Under the pieces are notes generated by a model that was not told the origin of the DNA, ran no database searches, and saw only the letters and a list, made by a program, of their open reading frames with translations. DNA of 64,000 nucleotides from a virus. Location: positions 1 to 64,000 of IMG/VR virus record IMGVR_UViG_3300006077_000002. One strand, given 5' to 3'. Numbering within the stretch: the stretch's first letter is position 1; each line of letters opens with the position of its first letter. Both the position numbers and the translations under genes were made by a program. Positions 7,140 through 17,941 of the stretch are shown one piece after another.

Positions 7140-8382
7140 TACTAACGTACTCCTTGACTATCCAGATATAGTCAATGATGCTAAGTGTGCTGTGTCTTTC
7201 ACCACACTACGAGAGCTGGATGGTTTGAAAAGAAAACCAGAGCTTAAGTTCATGGCACAAGCAGCCATTAAGAGTATGGAAGTAGCGTTAAGCACAGGAA
7301 ATGTTGAAATACTTGGTGCCCCAACTATTGACAATCTTAGTCCTGAAAGTCCAGATGAGAAGATTATCCTTGATGTCTTGGAAGCAGGTTACTTATTTAG
7401 CTCTCAAGATGTTGGAGCCAATGTAATTGCCGAAGCAGTTGGAGTTGAAACAGTACATAGAAAACTTGAAGATAACTATGACAGAGAATACACTGGGTAC
7501 ATTACGATTCAAGGAGACCTTAACTACGAGTCTAGATACGTTGCAATCAAAGAGATGCAGTTAATAGAATTTGAAGAAATATTCCAAGTTACTCTTAAAG
7601 AAAATCAGTATGTTATTATTGACAGAATGATTGACAAAGATGACTTATGGGTAAAGAAAGGTGACAAGGTTGAGCGTATCAGCCAAACATCTAAACCATA
7701 TCGTGCTGCAGGAATTGTAGATTTACCACTTGACTCAATACAAATGGCAGCTATGGATGCAATCTTTGATACAACTATACCACTAACTATCATTGATGGT
7801 AAGTTGGGAACAGGTAAAACTTTGCTAAGTCTTATGGCTGCTTATGCCAGAGTTAATGGACAGCATCAGCTAAAGGCTTATGACAAGGTATGTATCACTC
7901 GTCCAAATATTACCACCGACCGTAGATTTGAGAGAGGGTTCTTGCCTGGTGAAGCATCAGATAAAGACCTGCCTTGGGTTGCTGGTATTACTTCCAACCT
8001 TACATTCTTATTTGAAAAGAATGCTAAGAGTAAAGATGAAGAGCTTGGCAAAAAGGTATTCCAAGAACACTTCAGTATTATTCCACTTGAAACTATCCAA
8101 GGACTGAGTCTCAATGACTCTATCTTATTGGTAGATGAGTTCCAATTACTTGACCGAGATGGTTTACTCCTAGTACTAGGACGTATTGCCAGTGGTTCTA
8201 AAGTTGTGCTCATTGGAGATACTCGTTCACAAACGTACCATATTAACAGAGGAAATGAAGGATTCAAATTACTTCAGCCACACTATGGGAATCATGAGCT
8301 TATCAATTTCATCAGACTAGACAAGGTATATCGTTCACCTCTAGCAGAATTTGTAGCAAAACTAATGGAAGGAAACCAGTGA
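7120..8382 (+). CDS. phoH: PIN-domain / PhoH-like ATPase
   Basis: N-terminal YDTNVLL PIN motif; GKLGTGKT, GFLPG, VDEFQ, GD..Q, YRSPLAE. Confidence 0.9.
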   Translation: MKMVVYDTNVLLDYPDIVNDAKCAVSFTTLRELDGLKRKPELKFMAQAAIKSMEVALSTGNVEILGAPTIDNLSPESPDEKIILDVLEAGYLFSSQDVGANVIAEAVGVETVHRKLEDNYDREYTGYITIQGDLNYESRYVAIKEMQLIEFEEIFQVTLKENQYVIIDRMIDKDDLWVKKGDKVERISQTSKPYRAAGIVDLPLDSIQMAAMDAIFDTTIPLTIIDGKLGTGKTLLSLMAAYARVNGQHQLKAYDKVCITRPNITTDRRFERGFLPGEASDKDLPWVAGITSNLTFLFEKNAKSKDEELGKKVFQEHFSIIPLETIQGLSLNDSILLVDEFQLLDRDGLLLVLGRIASGSKVVLIGDTRSQTYHINRGNEGFKLLQPHYGNHELINFIRLDKVYRSPLAEFVAKLMEGNQ

Positions 8383-8780
8383 GATTACTAGGAAAACATA
8401 AAGATGGAGGTCCTGCATCACCTGTAGATGCTTACTTCCTCTTTGAAGTAAAGTCTATTGGTAGCATTGCATTCCTAAAGTTTAACAAAGGGAGTCGTAA
8501 AGAATTTCATACTCATGCGTTCAATGCTTTCACTTGGTTTCTATCTGGAAACTTATCAGAAGAAGACTTTGATGGTAGTACATATCAATATAGCAGAAGT
8601 ATCATTCCAAAAGTTACTAAGAAGAATAAGAACCATAAAGTGCATGCTCTAAAAGATAGCTGGTGTTTCACTATTAGAGGGCCATGGGAATCTACATGGA
8701 CAGAGGATAATAAAGAAACCAAAACAAAAACAACATTTACTAATCACAGAAAAGTGGTTGACATTATAAAAGGAAATTAA
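8379..8780 (+). CDS. Cupin-like phage protein
   Basis: FHTHAFNA...HKV...TIRGP cupin-like His pattern. Confidence 0.55.
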   Translation: MRLLGKHKDGGPASPVDAYFLFEVKSIGSIAFLKFNKGSRKEFHTHAFNAFTWFLSGNLSEEDFDGSTYQYSRSIIPKVTKKNKNHKVHALKDSWCFTIRGPWESTWTEDNKETKTKTTFTNHRKVVDIIKGN

Positions 8781-9478
8781 TGAATTATTTAGACATAGTA
8801 CTACAAGACCCACAAGCTGTACGAGACATCGCCGAAAGAGGAATCTTTATTGGAGTTGACCAGAATGGAGCACACTCAGTAAGTTACCACCTACATGATG
8901 GTGTGGGAAACCCAATTGAGTATGCAGAATTCTTAGAAATTGCACGTTGTTTAACTGCTGAAGATGAGCTAGAGATTGTTCTTGCAGGTAATCCTGGAGG
9001 TTCACTCTATGGAGCTCAAACAGTTATTGCAGGAATGCAAGCATGTCAAGCACAGATTGACTGTATCGTTATAGGTAATATTGCCTCTGCAGCCACAATG
9101 ATTGCAATGTTTGGAGACAATCTAATTATGACACCAAACTCAAGTATGATGATTCATAATGCAAGTTATGGTTCTTTTGGTAAGGCAAGTGATATTGAGG
9201 CTCACGTAAAGTTCAGCACCAAAGAGTTGTCAGAAACTGTTAAAGAATATTACAATAAGTTCTTAACCAAGAGTGAGCTTAAGAAGCTACTTAAAGGTGA
9301 AGAGTTTTATTACGATGCTAAGGAATGTATGGAACGCTTCGGAAAAATCGTAGCCTCTCGTCAGAAGAAAGCAGCTAAGTCTCAGAAAGCTTTCTGGAAA
9401 GACCAACGAAAGGTACTCATCAAACAGATTGAGGATATGGATAAGGAGGTAGGTATTGGAAAAGTCACTTCTAAGTAG
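8780..9478 (+). CDS. ClpP/S14-like serine protease
   Basis: NPGGS, IASAATMI, MMIHNAS motifs. Confidence 0.85.
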   Translation: MNYLDIVLQDPQAVRDIAERGIFIGVDQNGAHSVSYHLHDGVGNPIEYAEFLEIARCLTAEDELEIVLAGNPGGSLYGAQTVIAGMQACQAQIDCIVIGNIASAATMIAMFGDNLIMTPNSSMMIHNASYGSFGKASDIEAHVKFSTKELSETVKEYYNKFLTKSELKKLLKGEEFYYDAKECMERFGKIVASRQKKAAKSQKAFWKDQRKVLIKQIEDMDKEVGIGKVTSK

Positions 9479-9653
9479 TGGCGTACCTAGGCTATGTCCT
9501 AAGTGTAATTTCTTGGTGCATGCAATTCAGAAAGAGTCTGATAAATCAATAGTGGTTATGTATGAGTGTGGCTCAGCATGGCTATATTCAAAACTATATG
9601 ACTATCAAGAGCAGTTGGAAAACTGTGCAACTCACGCAACACCTACAAGATAG
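9456..9653 (+). CDS. Small Cys-rich hypothetical protein
   Basis: CPKC...ECG...C. Confidence 0.5.
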   Translation: MEKSLLSSGVPRLCPKCNFLVHAIQKESDKSIVVMYECGSAWLYSKLYDYQEQLENCATHATPTR

Positions 9654-9660
9654 GTTTACA

Positions 9661-9680
9661 GGGGAGCCAATGGGCTCCCC
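9661..9680 (+). terminator. GC-rich intergenic hairpin (terminator or processing site)
   Basis: GGGGAGCC-AATG-GGCTCCCC; no clear U-tract. Confidence 0.5.
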
Positions 9681-9712
9681 CAACAAGCCTAATGGCTAGA
9701 TAAAGGAGATTT

Positions 9713-10219
9713 ATGGTAACACAGGATAGAGTAAAAGAACTTTTAAACTATCATCCAGATACTGGAAAGTTAACTTGGAGAGTTAATAAAGGCCCTGCTT
9801 ATGCAGGTAGCGTAGCAGGTTATATTGCTAATGGATATGTACGAATACGTATAGACGGTAAAGGCTATCTTGCACACAGACTTGTATGGTTGTATACTTA
9901 TGGTCAAATGCCTAAAGAACACTTAGACCATATAAATCATAACAGGGCAGACAATAGACTAAGTAACTTAAGGGAAGTGACTCAGGCTGAGAATAATAGG
10001 AACCTTTCAAAGAGCAAAAGAAATACCTCAGGAATTACTGGAGTTAGCTTCCATAAACTGACAGGATTGTGGGTAGCACAGATTCAGGTAAATAGCAAAC
10101 AGATAAAATTAGGAGCCTTTGGGACAATAGAAGAGGCAGCAGAGGCTAGAAAATTAGCAGATATACAATATAATTTCCATGAAAATCACGGAATAAAAAT
10201 AAAGGAAACACATGATTAA
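9713..10219 (+). CDS. Free-standing HNH homing endonuclease with AP2-like C-terminus
   Basis: AHRLVW, LDHINHNRADNRLSNLR, NTSGITGV...W.AQI. Confidence 0.92.
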   Translation: MVTQDRVKELLNYHPDTGKLTWRVNKGPAYAGSVAGYIANGYVRIRIDGKGYLAHRLVWLYTYGQMPKEHLDHINHNRADNRLSNLREVTQAENNRNLSKSKRNTSGITGVSFHKLTGLWVAQIQVNSKQIKLGAFGTIEEAAEARKLADIQYNFHENHGIKIKETHD

Positions 10220-11534
10220 ACTATTAAAACAATTGAGAGCTGACGCAAGTAAAAACAATAAGTTGGCAATCCTAAGAGAGAATATAGACAACCAAGAGTT
10301 AAAGAAGTTGTTGGCTATGACATATGATAAGGTAACTTATACTTATGGTATCACACTCAAGAACATTAAGTACACACCAGAAAGACTCTATAAAACTGGG
10401 CATAAGCTCACACTGCTTGAAGCACTTCAAGGTCTTGAGCGTTCATTCTGTACACGAGATGTCACAGGACATGATGCAATAGCAGAGCTGGAGCATATGT
10501 TGGAGTCACTACCAGTAAATGATGCAGTAATTATAGGACTAGTTCTTGGACGTGACCTTAAGATTGGACTAGGACGAACACTAATTAACAAAGTATTTCC
10601 AAAGCTAATTGTAAAACCACCATATATGCGTTGTGGTATTTACTCAGCTAAGAGTGTATCAAAGTTTACATTCCCTGCCCTAGTGCAAGAGAAGTGTGAT
10701 GGACGATATGTCTCAGTTATTGTAGAGAGTGGGGCAATCACATTCCAAAGTCGTTCTGGAGAAGAGCAAGAGTTCCCTGAACTTCGTAAAGACTTTAAGA
10801 ATGCAGAGCCAGGAGTTTACATAGGAGAACTACTAGTTGACGGAGAAGATAATAGGGCTAAAGCCAATGGGCAAATTAATAGCTCTAACCCACCACATGA
10901 GAAAATCTACATGATTGCTTGGGACTTTGTTACATTACCTGAATGGTCTAGACCAAAGGATAAAGAAGATAAGACAATGTATTCTCAAAGATTCAGAGAA
11001 CTCAAAGAGAACACAAAGGGAATGAAGAGAGTTACACCAGTGATTACCAAAGCAGTTACAAGTACTGCAGAAGCTCTTAAGTTTGCACGAAAGATTATGG
11101 CAGATGGCGGAGAGGGGGCAGTGCTTAAAGACCGTGAGAATATCTTCCGTGATTGTACAAGCCCAACACAGCTTAAGATTAAAGTATCATTTGATATTGA
11201 CGTTGAAATTGTTGGATTCACTCACGGCACCAAAGGTACTCGCAGAGAGGGGAAAGTAGGAGCCATCGTATTCAGTACTGCAGATGATAAAGAGATGATT
11301 CATGGTCAAACTAGTGGATTCTCAGATGACCTACTTGATTATATCACAGATAACCAAGCTACGTTACTTGGTACTATTATGACAGTTGAAGCAAATGACA
11401 TCACCAAGTCAAGAAGTAAATCTTATTGGGCTTTGAGTCATCCACGATTCATTGAGTTCCGACCTGATAAGAAGAAAGCAGATACCTTCACAAGAGCTAT
11501 GGAGCAGTTAAATTCTGGCAAGGAGGTAGGTTAA
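10212..11534 (+). CDS. ATP-dependent DNA ligase
   Basis: EKCDGRY (motif I), GEL, AWD, EGAVLK, LKIK, HPRF. Confidence 0.93.
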   Translation: MIKLLKQLRADASKNNKLAILRENIDNQELKKLLAMTYDKVTYTYGITLKNIKYTPERLYKTGHKLTLLEALQGLERSFCTRDVTGHDAIAELEHMLESLPVNDAVIIGLVLGRDLKIGLGRTLINKVFPKLIVKPPYMRCGIYSAKSVSKFTFPALVQEKCDGRYVSVIVESGAITFQSRSGEEQEFPELRKDFKNAEPGVYIGELLVDGEDNRAKANGQINSSNPPHEKIYMIAWDFVTLPEWSRPKDKEDKTMYSQRFRELKENTKGMKRVTPVITKAVTSTAEALKFARKIMADGGEGAVLKDRENIFRDCTSPTQLKIKVSFDIDVEIVGFTHGTKGTRREGKVGAIVFSTADDKEMIHGQTSGFSDDLLDYITDNQATLLGTIMTVEANDITKSRSKSYWALSHPRFIEFRPDKKKADTFTRAMEQLNSGKEVG

Positions 11535-11776
11535 TGATTAGATATAGAGTAGTGAATAGCCCTGGGGAAAGGTATGCGTACAGGGTAGAGGTAAGAAGCT
11601 TTATATTTTGGCATTTAATTGATGCCTATGATAATTTGGAAGAAGCTGAAGAGAATATAAAAGATAGATTAAGGTGTGATAAAGAGGCTTCAATACCTAA
11701 GACAGTTATCAGAGAATATGGGATGGAGTTTATTGACAAGCCAGCCCCAAAACCACTAAAGGAAGTTTATGGCTAA
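11534..11776 (+). CDS. Hypothetical protein
   Basis: AAGGAGG RBS; resembles the next ORF. Confidence 0.65.
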   Translation: MIRYRVVNSPGERYAYRVEVRSFIFWHLIDAYDNLEEAEENIKDRLRCDKEASIPKTVIREYGMEFIDKPAPKPLKEVYG

Positions 11777-12023
11777 GTATAGAGTATATTATGATGAGAG
11801 TAAAGGGAAGTATTGGCTTAAAAAGAAGGGGCGTTTCTTCTGGGGTCAAGTTGATGCTCTTGTGCCAGGGGATGGATATTTCAGAACCTACTTTACTTCT
11901 ATGGAAGAGGTTAAAGCATTTATAGATAAGGAAAAGAAATATAGGAAACCTGACTACGCTAAGTTTATCGAAGAACTTGATACAGAAACCTCATCACCAA
12001 TAAAGGACATATATGAAAAATAG
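11769..12023 (+). CDS. Hypothetical protein
   Basis: AAGGA RBS; resembles the previous ORF. Confidence 0.65.
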   Translation: MAKYRVYYDESKGKYWLKKKGRFFWGQVDALVPGDGYFRTYFTSMEEVKAFIDKEKKYRKPDYAKFIEELDTETSSPIKDIYEK

Positions 12024-13248
12024 CAACTGGGAAACGATTGCGATAGCAAAGTTAGTTAAGGAATACGACAAAGCATTAATGCTTGACCTTAGCTCTGAGC
12101 TATTCACAGGGCACCACCAGAACATCTTTAAAGTACTACAACATACATTCATCGAGATAGGAAGACTTCCTTCCTATGAGGCATTGGAAGCAGCAGTTAA
12201 AACTAAAGCACCAAGAGAAGTACTTCCAGTAATACAAGGAGTACTTAAATCAATTGGGCTAACACCAGTTGAGACTATTACACATGAAGAGATTTTATCA
12301 GGGCTTAAAGATAAACAGTTAATTCATGTTGTTGACCGTTCAATTGAAGAGCTTGTAAGCACAGCACAGAGAAAGGATGTTCCTAAACTTAGAGCTGTTC
12401 TTAATGATATTGTATCAGAAGTTGCAGGTAACAGAATTGTACCTCAGGACTTTAAAGATGCAATGTTTGCCCCAGACAACACACGTATTCTAACTACAGG
12501 AGATGTAGATGTTGATGAACACATATCAGGTATCCACGGACTAACACTTGTAGCTGCTAAGTCTGGTGCAGGTAAATCAGTTATGCTCTTACAATTAGCT
12601 ATTGAGCAGTTTCTATCGGGACTTAATGTAATGTTTATTAGTCTTGAGCTTAGTGCTAAGGTATTGGGACAGCGTATGCAATCTTATATTTCTGGAGTTG
12701 AGTTCTCAAAGATTATCAAAGGAACTACAACTAAAGAAGAAGATAAGATTATCAAAGATGCTATGGAAGAATTCTTTAACCGTGAGAATACCTTCAAAGT
12801 AGTGACAACTCCTATGGATTCTATGGAGCTTAAGTCACTTATTGCAACACAGAAAGCACTGTTTAACACAGATGCTGTTTATATTGATTACTTAAATTTA
12901 ATTGATACAACAATTCCTGGTCAGTCAGGTGCTTGGTTAGGGTTACAAACTTTGGCTCGTGAGTTGCATAAGATGACAGTAACTCGTGGTATCACAATTG
13001 TAAGTGCTGTTCAGGTAAACATTGAGAAAGCCAGTAAGCCTGGGGTACCACCTGTTATTTCTACTCGTGGTTCATCAGAACTTTTCTTCTCAGCCAGTCT
13101 AGTAGTATTCTTGGAGAGTATTGAAGATGGCGATGGAGATGAGTCAGTAATGTTATGGATTCTTAAGAATAGACTTGGACCAACCATTGCGTTACTATAC
13201 CAGAAGCAGTTTCAGTTCATGAAGCTAAACTATGTAATGGAGGTATAG
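12013..13248 (+). CDS. DnaB-like replicative helicase
   Basis: AKSGAGKS Walker A, ISLEL, YIDYLNL, SAVQVN, KNRLG. Confidence 0.9.
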   Translation: MKNSNWETIAIAKLVKEYDKALMLDLSSELFTGHHQNIFKVLQHTFIEIGRLPSYEALEAAVKTKAPREVLPVIQGVLKSIGLTPVETITHEEILSGLKDKQLIHVVDRSIEELVSTAQRKDVPKLRAVLNDIVSEVAGNRIVPQDFKDAMFAPDNTRILTTGDVDVDEHISGIHGLTLVAAKSGAGKSVMLLQLAIEQFLSGLNVMFISLELSAKVLGQRMQSYISGVEFSKIIKGTTTKEEDKIIKDAMEEFFNRENTFKVVTTPMDSMELKSLIATQKALFNTDAVYIDYLNLIDTTIPGQSGAWLGLQTLARELHKMTVTRGITIVSAVQVNIEKASKPGVPPVISTRGSSELFFSASLVVFLESIEDGDGDESVMLWILKNRLGPTIALLYQKQFQFMKLNYVMEV

Positions 13249-13249
13249 T

Positions 13250-14164
13250 ATGTACCAACAAGCAATAGAGGCTTACTTAAAATCCCAGCACATTTCCTAT
13301 AAGGTACAGGGGGAGCAGATAGTATGCCGATGTCTTAACCCAAAGCATATTGATAGTAACCCAAGCTTCCAATTTAATACGGAAGAAGGATACTGTCATT
13401 GCTTTAGTTGTGGTTGGAAGAGTCACATATCTCGTATGGCAGACATTGAGATAGATGAGGATACCCTTAGGGCTTATGACTATGACAAGCTTATCGAACA
13501 ACTTAAGTTAGATAGTCATGAGATATCAGACGAGAACGTGGTACTACCACCAAAAGCATTTGATATTGTATGGCCTGTCCGTCATATTGGTGCTGAGATT
13601 ATGCGAGATTTAGGAGTGTACTATTGTGAAAAGGGACGTTTCAGAGGAAGACTTATTTTTCCTATTACTAATGTTGACGGCGTGTTGCTTGGTTATACAT
13701 CTTGGGTGGCAACCGCTGCAGCCTTAGGAGAATTTAAGGATAGATTAGTGGATGCTGTGAGACCAGATGCAAAATATCTGCATAGTTATAAGATGAACAC
13801 CAGTAACTTACTGTACCCAACACAGTGCTCTGATATGGACCTCAAGCATGAACAAGGACTACATCTAACCGAGGGGTTGTTTGATGCCCTCTCCCTCATA
13901 CAACTAGGCTACCCCGCTGTCTGTAATTTTGGACTGGGGGCACCATCTATTAACAAAGTTGGTGAGATGCTTAGTATGGGGTACGAAGTTCTAGTACCTG
14001 CCTTTGATAATGATAAAGCAGGAATGGAAGGATGGCAAAAGATACGAGATGATTGGGCAGAACATGTAACTATTTCTGCACCCACACAGATTCTAAGAGA
14101 TATACGAGAGTATGGCTCAAAAGATGCAAATGAATACTTAACAAAAAGGTTAACACATGATTAA
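13250..14164 (+). CDS. DNA primase (Zn finger + TOPRIM)
   Basis: CL.P.H.DSNPS...HCFSCG, RLIFPI, TEGLFDA, FDNDKAG, KDANE. Confidence 0.92.
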   Translation: MYQQAIEAYLKSQHISYKVQGEQIVCRCLNPKHIDSNPSFQFNTEEGYCHCFSCGWKSHISRMADIEIDEDTLRAYDYDKLIEQLKLDSHEISDENVVLPPKAFDIVWPVRHIGAEIMRDLGVYYCEKGRFRGRLIFPITNVDGVLLGYTSWVATAAALGEFKDRLVDAVRPDAKYLHSYKMNTSNLLYPTQCSDMDLKHEQGLHLTEGLFDALSLIQLGYPAVCNFGLGAPSINKVGEMLSMGYEVLVPAFDNDKAGMEGWQKIRDDWAEHVTISAPTQILRDIREYGSKDANEYLTKRLTHD

Positions 14165-14864
14165 AAAATTAAATGAATATGGGGTGAGTTTTGGCTCACG
14201 TAGATGGGGAGGTTGGGTAGAAGACTCAGACTACGACCGCATTATTAGTATGCCAGAGTATCAAGATATGATTGCATACAGAGATGTCCGTCCAAAGAGA
14301 GACCATCAATATGATTCAAACGGAGTACTAGGAAATAGCTTTCACATTTACATAGGTGAAGACGGAAAGACTTATAACTTCTTAGTATACACAAATAAAG
14401 TGAGGTATGAGATAGCTTTAAAATGTACCAATGATTTGGATGCAGTTATGCTGACTCCAATAGGAGCTATAGTTAATACAAGTAAAAGTTTTAGATATAA
14501 GATAGTGGAGGGAATATTTAAAGGGGCTCATAAACTGTACTTTGGCAGAACCTCCACTCCATTATCAGATTTATATGAGGAAGTTACTATGGATACAATA
14601 CTAACGTCAACACCAGCCAAAGATAAAAGAGCACAAGCATCTTATACCAGAGACAGTAGACGTAACCCATTTACTGTTAGAGGAACTGCAATGAGTCAAG
14701 ATGAGATTCAACCTGTTTATGCTCAAGCAGTTGAAGACAGGAATGAAAGAGTACCAACTGCTACATGGCAACAGCTAGATGGAACTGCTGTTAGTAGAGC
14801 AGATACCATACAACCTCAAGAATTCCTAAGGGCAGATACTACTGACCAGTCAGTAAGCTGGTAA
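14157..14864 (+). CDS. Protein with N-terminal nucleotidyltransferase-like motif
   Basis: FGSRRWGGWVEDSDYD fits the hGS...SDxD Pol-beta superfamily motif. Confidence 0.55.
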   Translation: MIKKLNEYGVSFGSRRWGGWVEDSDYDRIISMPEYQDMIAYRDVRPKRDHQYDSNGVLGNSFHIYIGEDGKTYNFLVYTNKVRYEIALKCTNDLDAVMLTPIGAIVNTSKSFRYKIVEGIFKGAHKLYFGRTSTPLSDLYEEVTMDTILTSTPAKDKRAQASYTRDSRRNPFTVRGTAMSQDEIQPVYAQAVEDRNERVPTATWQQLDGTAVSRADTIQPQEFLRADTTDQSVSW

Positions 14865-14908
14865 TTACGGCGGGCATTCTAGGATGTAAGACCCAGCAAA
14901 GGAGATAA

Positions 14909-15451
14909 ATGAAAAAGAAAGTATTACTGATTGCTGGACAAAAGCGGTCAGGAAAAGACACTCTTGCAACTCTGGTGTCAGAGGAGATGCAAAGGTTAGG
15001 GAAGACAGTAGAAATTATGAGCTTCGCCTACCCCATGAAAAAGATATTGGCAGTCACACTTGGTATCACAGATGAAGAGTTAGATGCTTTGAAGAATGAC
15101 CCAGCCAATCCACATAGAGGATATTTACAGAGGCTAGGTACAGAAGGTGCTAAGCCTTGGTTTGGTGATGATGTCTGGTCACAGCTTGCATTAAAAGCAA
15201 CTAGAAATTCAGACGCTGATGTAATTATTTTTGCTGACTTTCGTTTCCCTGAAGAGGGCAGAGGGTTTCCATACGAGTTTGAAACAAGTACTCTTAAAGT
15301 TTATAGACCAAGTCTTAAAACTGATAACAATGATAACCATATTAGCGAAAGAGCTTTAGATGATTACGAGTTTGATTACGAGGTAAATAACTCATCAGAT
15401 TTACAGGAGCTCAAAGCGTCAGCTATTGAGGTAGCACATTGGTTGTTATAG
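14909..15451 (+). CDS. Deoxynucleoside monophosphate kinase
   Basis: GQKRSGKDT, SFAYPMK, LQRLGTE, DFRFPEE, HISE. Confidence 0.9.
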   Translation: MKKKVLLIAGQKRSGKDTLATLVSEEMQRLGKTVEIMSFAYPMKKILAVTLGITDEELDALKNDPANPHRGYLQRLGTEGAKPWFGDDVWSQLALKATRNSDADVIIFADFRFPEEGRGFPYEFETSTLKVYRPSLKTDNNDNHISERALDDYEFDYEVNNSSDLQELKASAIEVAHWLL

Positions 15452-16374
15452 TAGATAGTAAACTCATCAGCTATAATGTATCTTACAATCCAGCACGTTC
15501 ACTTATTGATGTATTTGAAGTTGTTCAAAACATTTGCGAAGATTTAGAGTATGAGTGCAACGACAAAGTATCACAGATTATCTTTGCGTTTGACTATGAG
15601 AAATCAGACTACCGTCTTGGTATCTGGTCAGAGTATAAAGCTGGTAGAACATATACAACAATGCCAGCTGACTTCCAAGATAACTATAGACACAAACTCC
15701 CATTACTTGCCGAAGCACTTGGTATAAATGTTATGGGAGTTAGTGGAGTTGAGGCAGATGACTTGGCAGGTATTCTTGTTAAAGGGTACTCAGGTCCAGA
15801 AGATATTATCTGTCTTACTGGTGACCGTGACTGGATTCAACTAAGTATTGAGCATGACAATGTCAGAATCTATGACCCAAAGCAGCTTAAGTTTCTACAC
15901 TCAGAGCATTGTGGTACACCAGAAGAGTTTCTAGTTGAGAAGATTATCAAAGGTGATAGTTCAGATAATATTTTAGGACTAAAGTTCTGTGGTAAGGTAT
16001 GCTTTGAGAAGTTTCTTAATGAGAACCGTGGTTGTAAAGATTGGAAGAAAGCTTTCCTAGAACTTGCAAACAGTTCTCCTAAGTTTGTAATTCATGATTC
16101 ATATATTGAGCATGGAGTAGATACCTTTGAAGCTTTATTTGATTTCAATCTAGACCTAGGAAGGATTATGGATAGTTTAAAGTATCTATCCCCAGCTCAG
16201 GTAAAAGAGTACTTTGCTCAGAGATTAAAATTCAAAGAAGACAATTCAGGCACAACAGCAGATATTCAAAAGCTGGCAGCAGAGATTAGTGGCTCACGAT
16301 TAGGTATATTTGGAGACCCTCTGGTAATACCACAACATCAGCTTGAGTTCTATCGGAGAATTTCTAATGGTTAA
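15439..16374 (+). CDS. 5'-3' exonuclease / flap endonuclease
   Basis: YKAGR, EADD, TGDRDWIQL, GDSSDNI.G. Confidence 0.92.
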   Translation: MVVIVDSKLISYNVSYNPARSLIDVFEVVQNICEDLEYECNDKVSQIIFAFDYEKSDYRLGIWSEYKAGRTYTTMPADFQDNYRHKLPLLAEALGINVMGVSGVEADDLAGILVKGYSGPEDIICLTGDRDWIQLSIEHDNVRIYDPKQLKFLHSEHCGTPEEFLVEKIIKGDSSDNILGLKFCGKVCFEKFLNENRGCKDWKKAFLELANSSPKFVIHDSYIEHGVDTFEALFDFNLDLGRIMDSLKYLSPAQVKEYFAQRLKFKEDNSGTTADIQKLAAEISGSRLGIFGDPLVIPQHQLEFYRRISNG

Positions 16375-17941
16375 ATTTATATCAATTAGAATCCAGGATT
16401 ATAAGTCAGTTGGAGATGTAACAATTCAATTTGAACCTGGAATCTATAAGGTTGTTGGAGAGAGTCAAGGATACTCAAGCAATGGTGCAGGTAAAACTTC
16501 TATAACCCAAGCCATTGTTCTTGGATTGTATAATAAAGATTTTACTTCTGCTAAACTTGATGAGCTTAGTAATAGAGTTACAGGACGTGGCTTTGTAATT
16601 ACCATCCACCTAATTAAAGATGGTGTACCTTATGTCATAGTTAATAACCGACACACCAGAAAATTCACAGTACATTCAATGGATGAAAAAGTGGTATCAG
16701 GCGTTAAGGATTCTGTACTATTCGTAACTAAACTTCTAGGTATGGGTTATGATACGTTTTGCTTGACACATTTTATAACGTCAAGAACTGTAAATCATAT
16801 TACAGAAAACCTAAGTAACCCTACATTATTCAATGACATACTACAAATATCCCAACTAAAAGAGCTTGATAAACGTGTGATGCAGTATCGTCAGGTTGTT
16901 GAAGAGAAGATAAAAGAACTTGACCAAGAGTTTTCTCAAGCAAAGAGTATGGAATCTAGACAGACTATTCAAGATAAGTATGACCTACGAGCCTTAAACG
17001 AGGAGTTAGGTACACTTAAGGAGTCATATAGACAAAAGATATTAGCTCATTCTCTTGAACAATCTCAATACCAATTGGATATTGGAGAGTTAGAGGATAA
17101 GATATTACCTGCCCAAAGAAAACTTGAGGATATAAAAAACATTATCAATAGTGGGGTGTGTCCAACATGCTCATCTCTGCTAGTACAGAAATCAGCCCTA
17201 GATGAGCTTAAACAAGAAGCAGGATTCTTGCAAGAAGTAGTGGATAAGCATACACCAGCATATCTCCAGGCTAAGAAAGATTGGAAGCTTAGAGATAATG
17301 TATTAAGTAAAGAAGAGAAAGATGTCAAAGAAGAGATACGAGACATTGAAACAAGTATAACAATTGCCCAGGAAATCTCATTAATGTATAGTGAGATTGC
17401 TGGAAGAAGTTCTGAAGAGGTTATGAAAGAGTTAAAACCTAGGAAGCATATGAGTGCTCTACTTCAGTTTATCCGCTCATCAATTAAAGATGGTGTCATA
17501 GTTAAGTCCCTGCTCTCAACATTCTTTGAGATAGTCCAAATTAAAATGAACGACTACTCTGCATTAATTAATATGAATGGAACAGACGTAAAAATTACAG
17601 TCAACAAATTGGGGATGGGGATAGCACTTACTAAAGACGGAGAGTTTACACCAGTAAGCACTCTTAGTAATGGTGAGAAGACAAGACTATCAATACTTCT
17701 TCTTGTGTCTATGTTAGATGCAATGAAAGAGGTAAGCAATTCAGAGACTAACTATTTGGTTTTTGATGAAGCCTCTGCATCATTTGATGCAAGTGGTGTA
17801 ACAGAACTTGAGCAGCTCTTCAATTATATGAAGGAGCTTGGACAAAGTTCTTTCGTAATAACACATGGTAGTGAGATGGACAAGGTAGCATTTGACCACA
17901 TACTATTAATAAGAAAAGAGGAGGGCATAACATATGTCTGA
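16367..17941 (+). CDS. SbcC/Rad50-like recombination ATPase
   Basis: NGAGKTS, coiled coil with CPTC hook, LSNGE signature, FDE, ITH. Confidence 0.92.
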   Translation: MVKFISIRIQDYKSVGDVTIQFEPGIYKVVGESQGYSSNGAGKTSITQAIVLGLYNKDFTSAKLDELSNRVTGRGFVITIHLIKDGVPYVIVNNRHTRKFTVHSMDEKVVSGVKDSVLFVTKLLGMGYDTFCLTHFITSRTVNHITENLSNPTLFNDILQISQLKELDKRVMQYRQVVEEKIKELDQEFSQAKSMESRQTIQDKYDLRALNEELGTLKESYRQKILAHSLEQSQYQLDIGELEDKILPAQRKLEDIKNIINSGVCPTCSSLLVQKSALDELKQEAGFLQEVVDKHTPAYLQAKKDWKLRDNVLSKEEKDVKEEIRDIETSITIAQEISLMYSEIAGRSSEEVMKELKPRKHMSALLQFIRSSIKDGVIVKSLLSTFFEIVQIKMNDYSALINMNGTDVKITVNKLGMGIALTKDGEFTPVSTLSNGEKTRLSILLLVSMLDAMKEVSNSETNYLVFDEASASFDASGVTELEQLFNYMKELGQSSFVITHGSEMDKVAFDHILLIRKEEGITYV

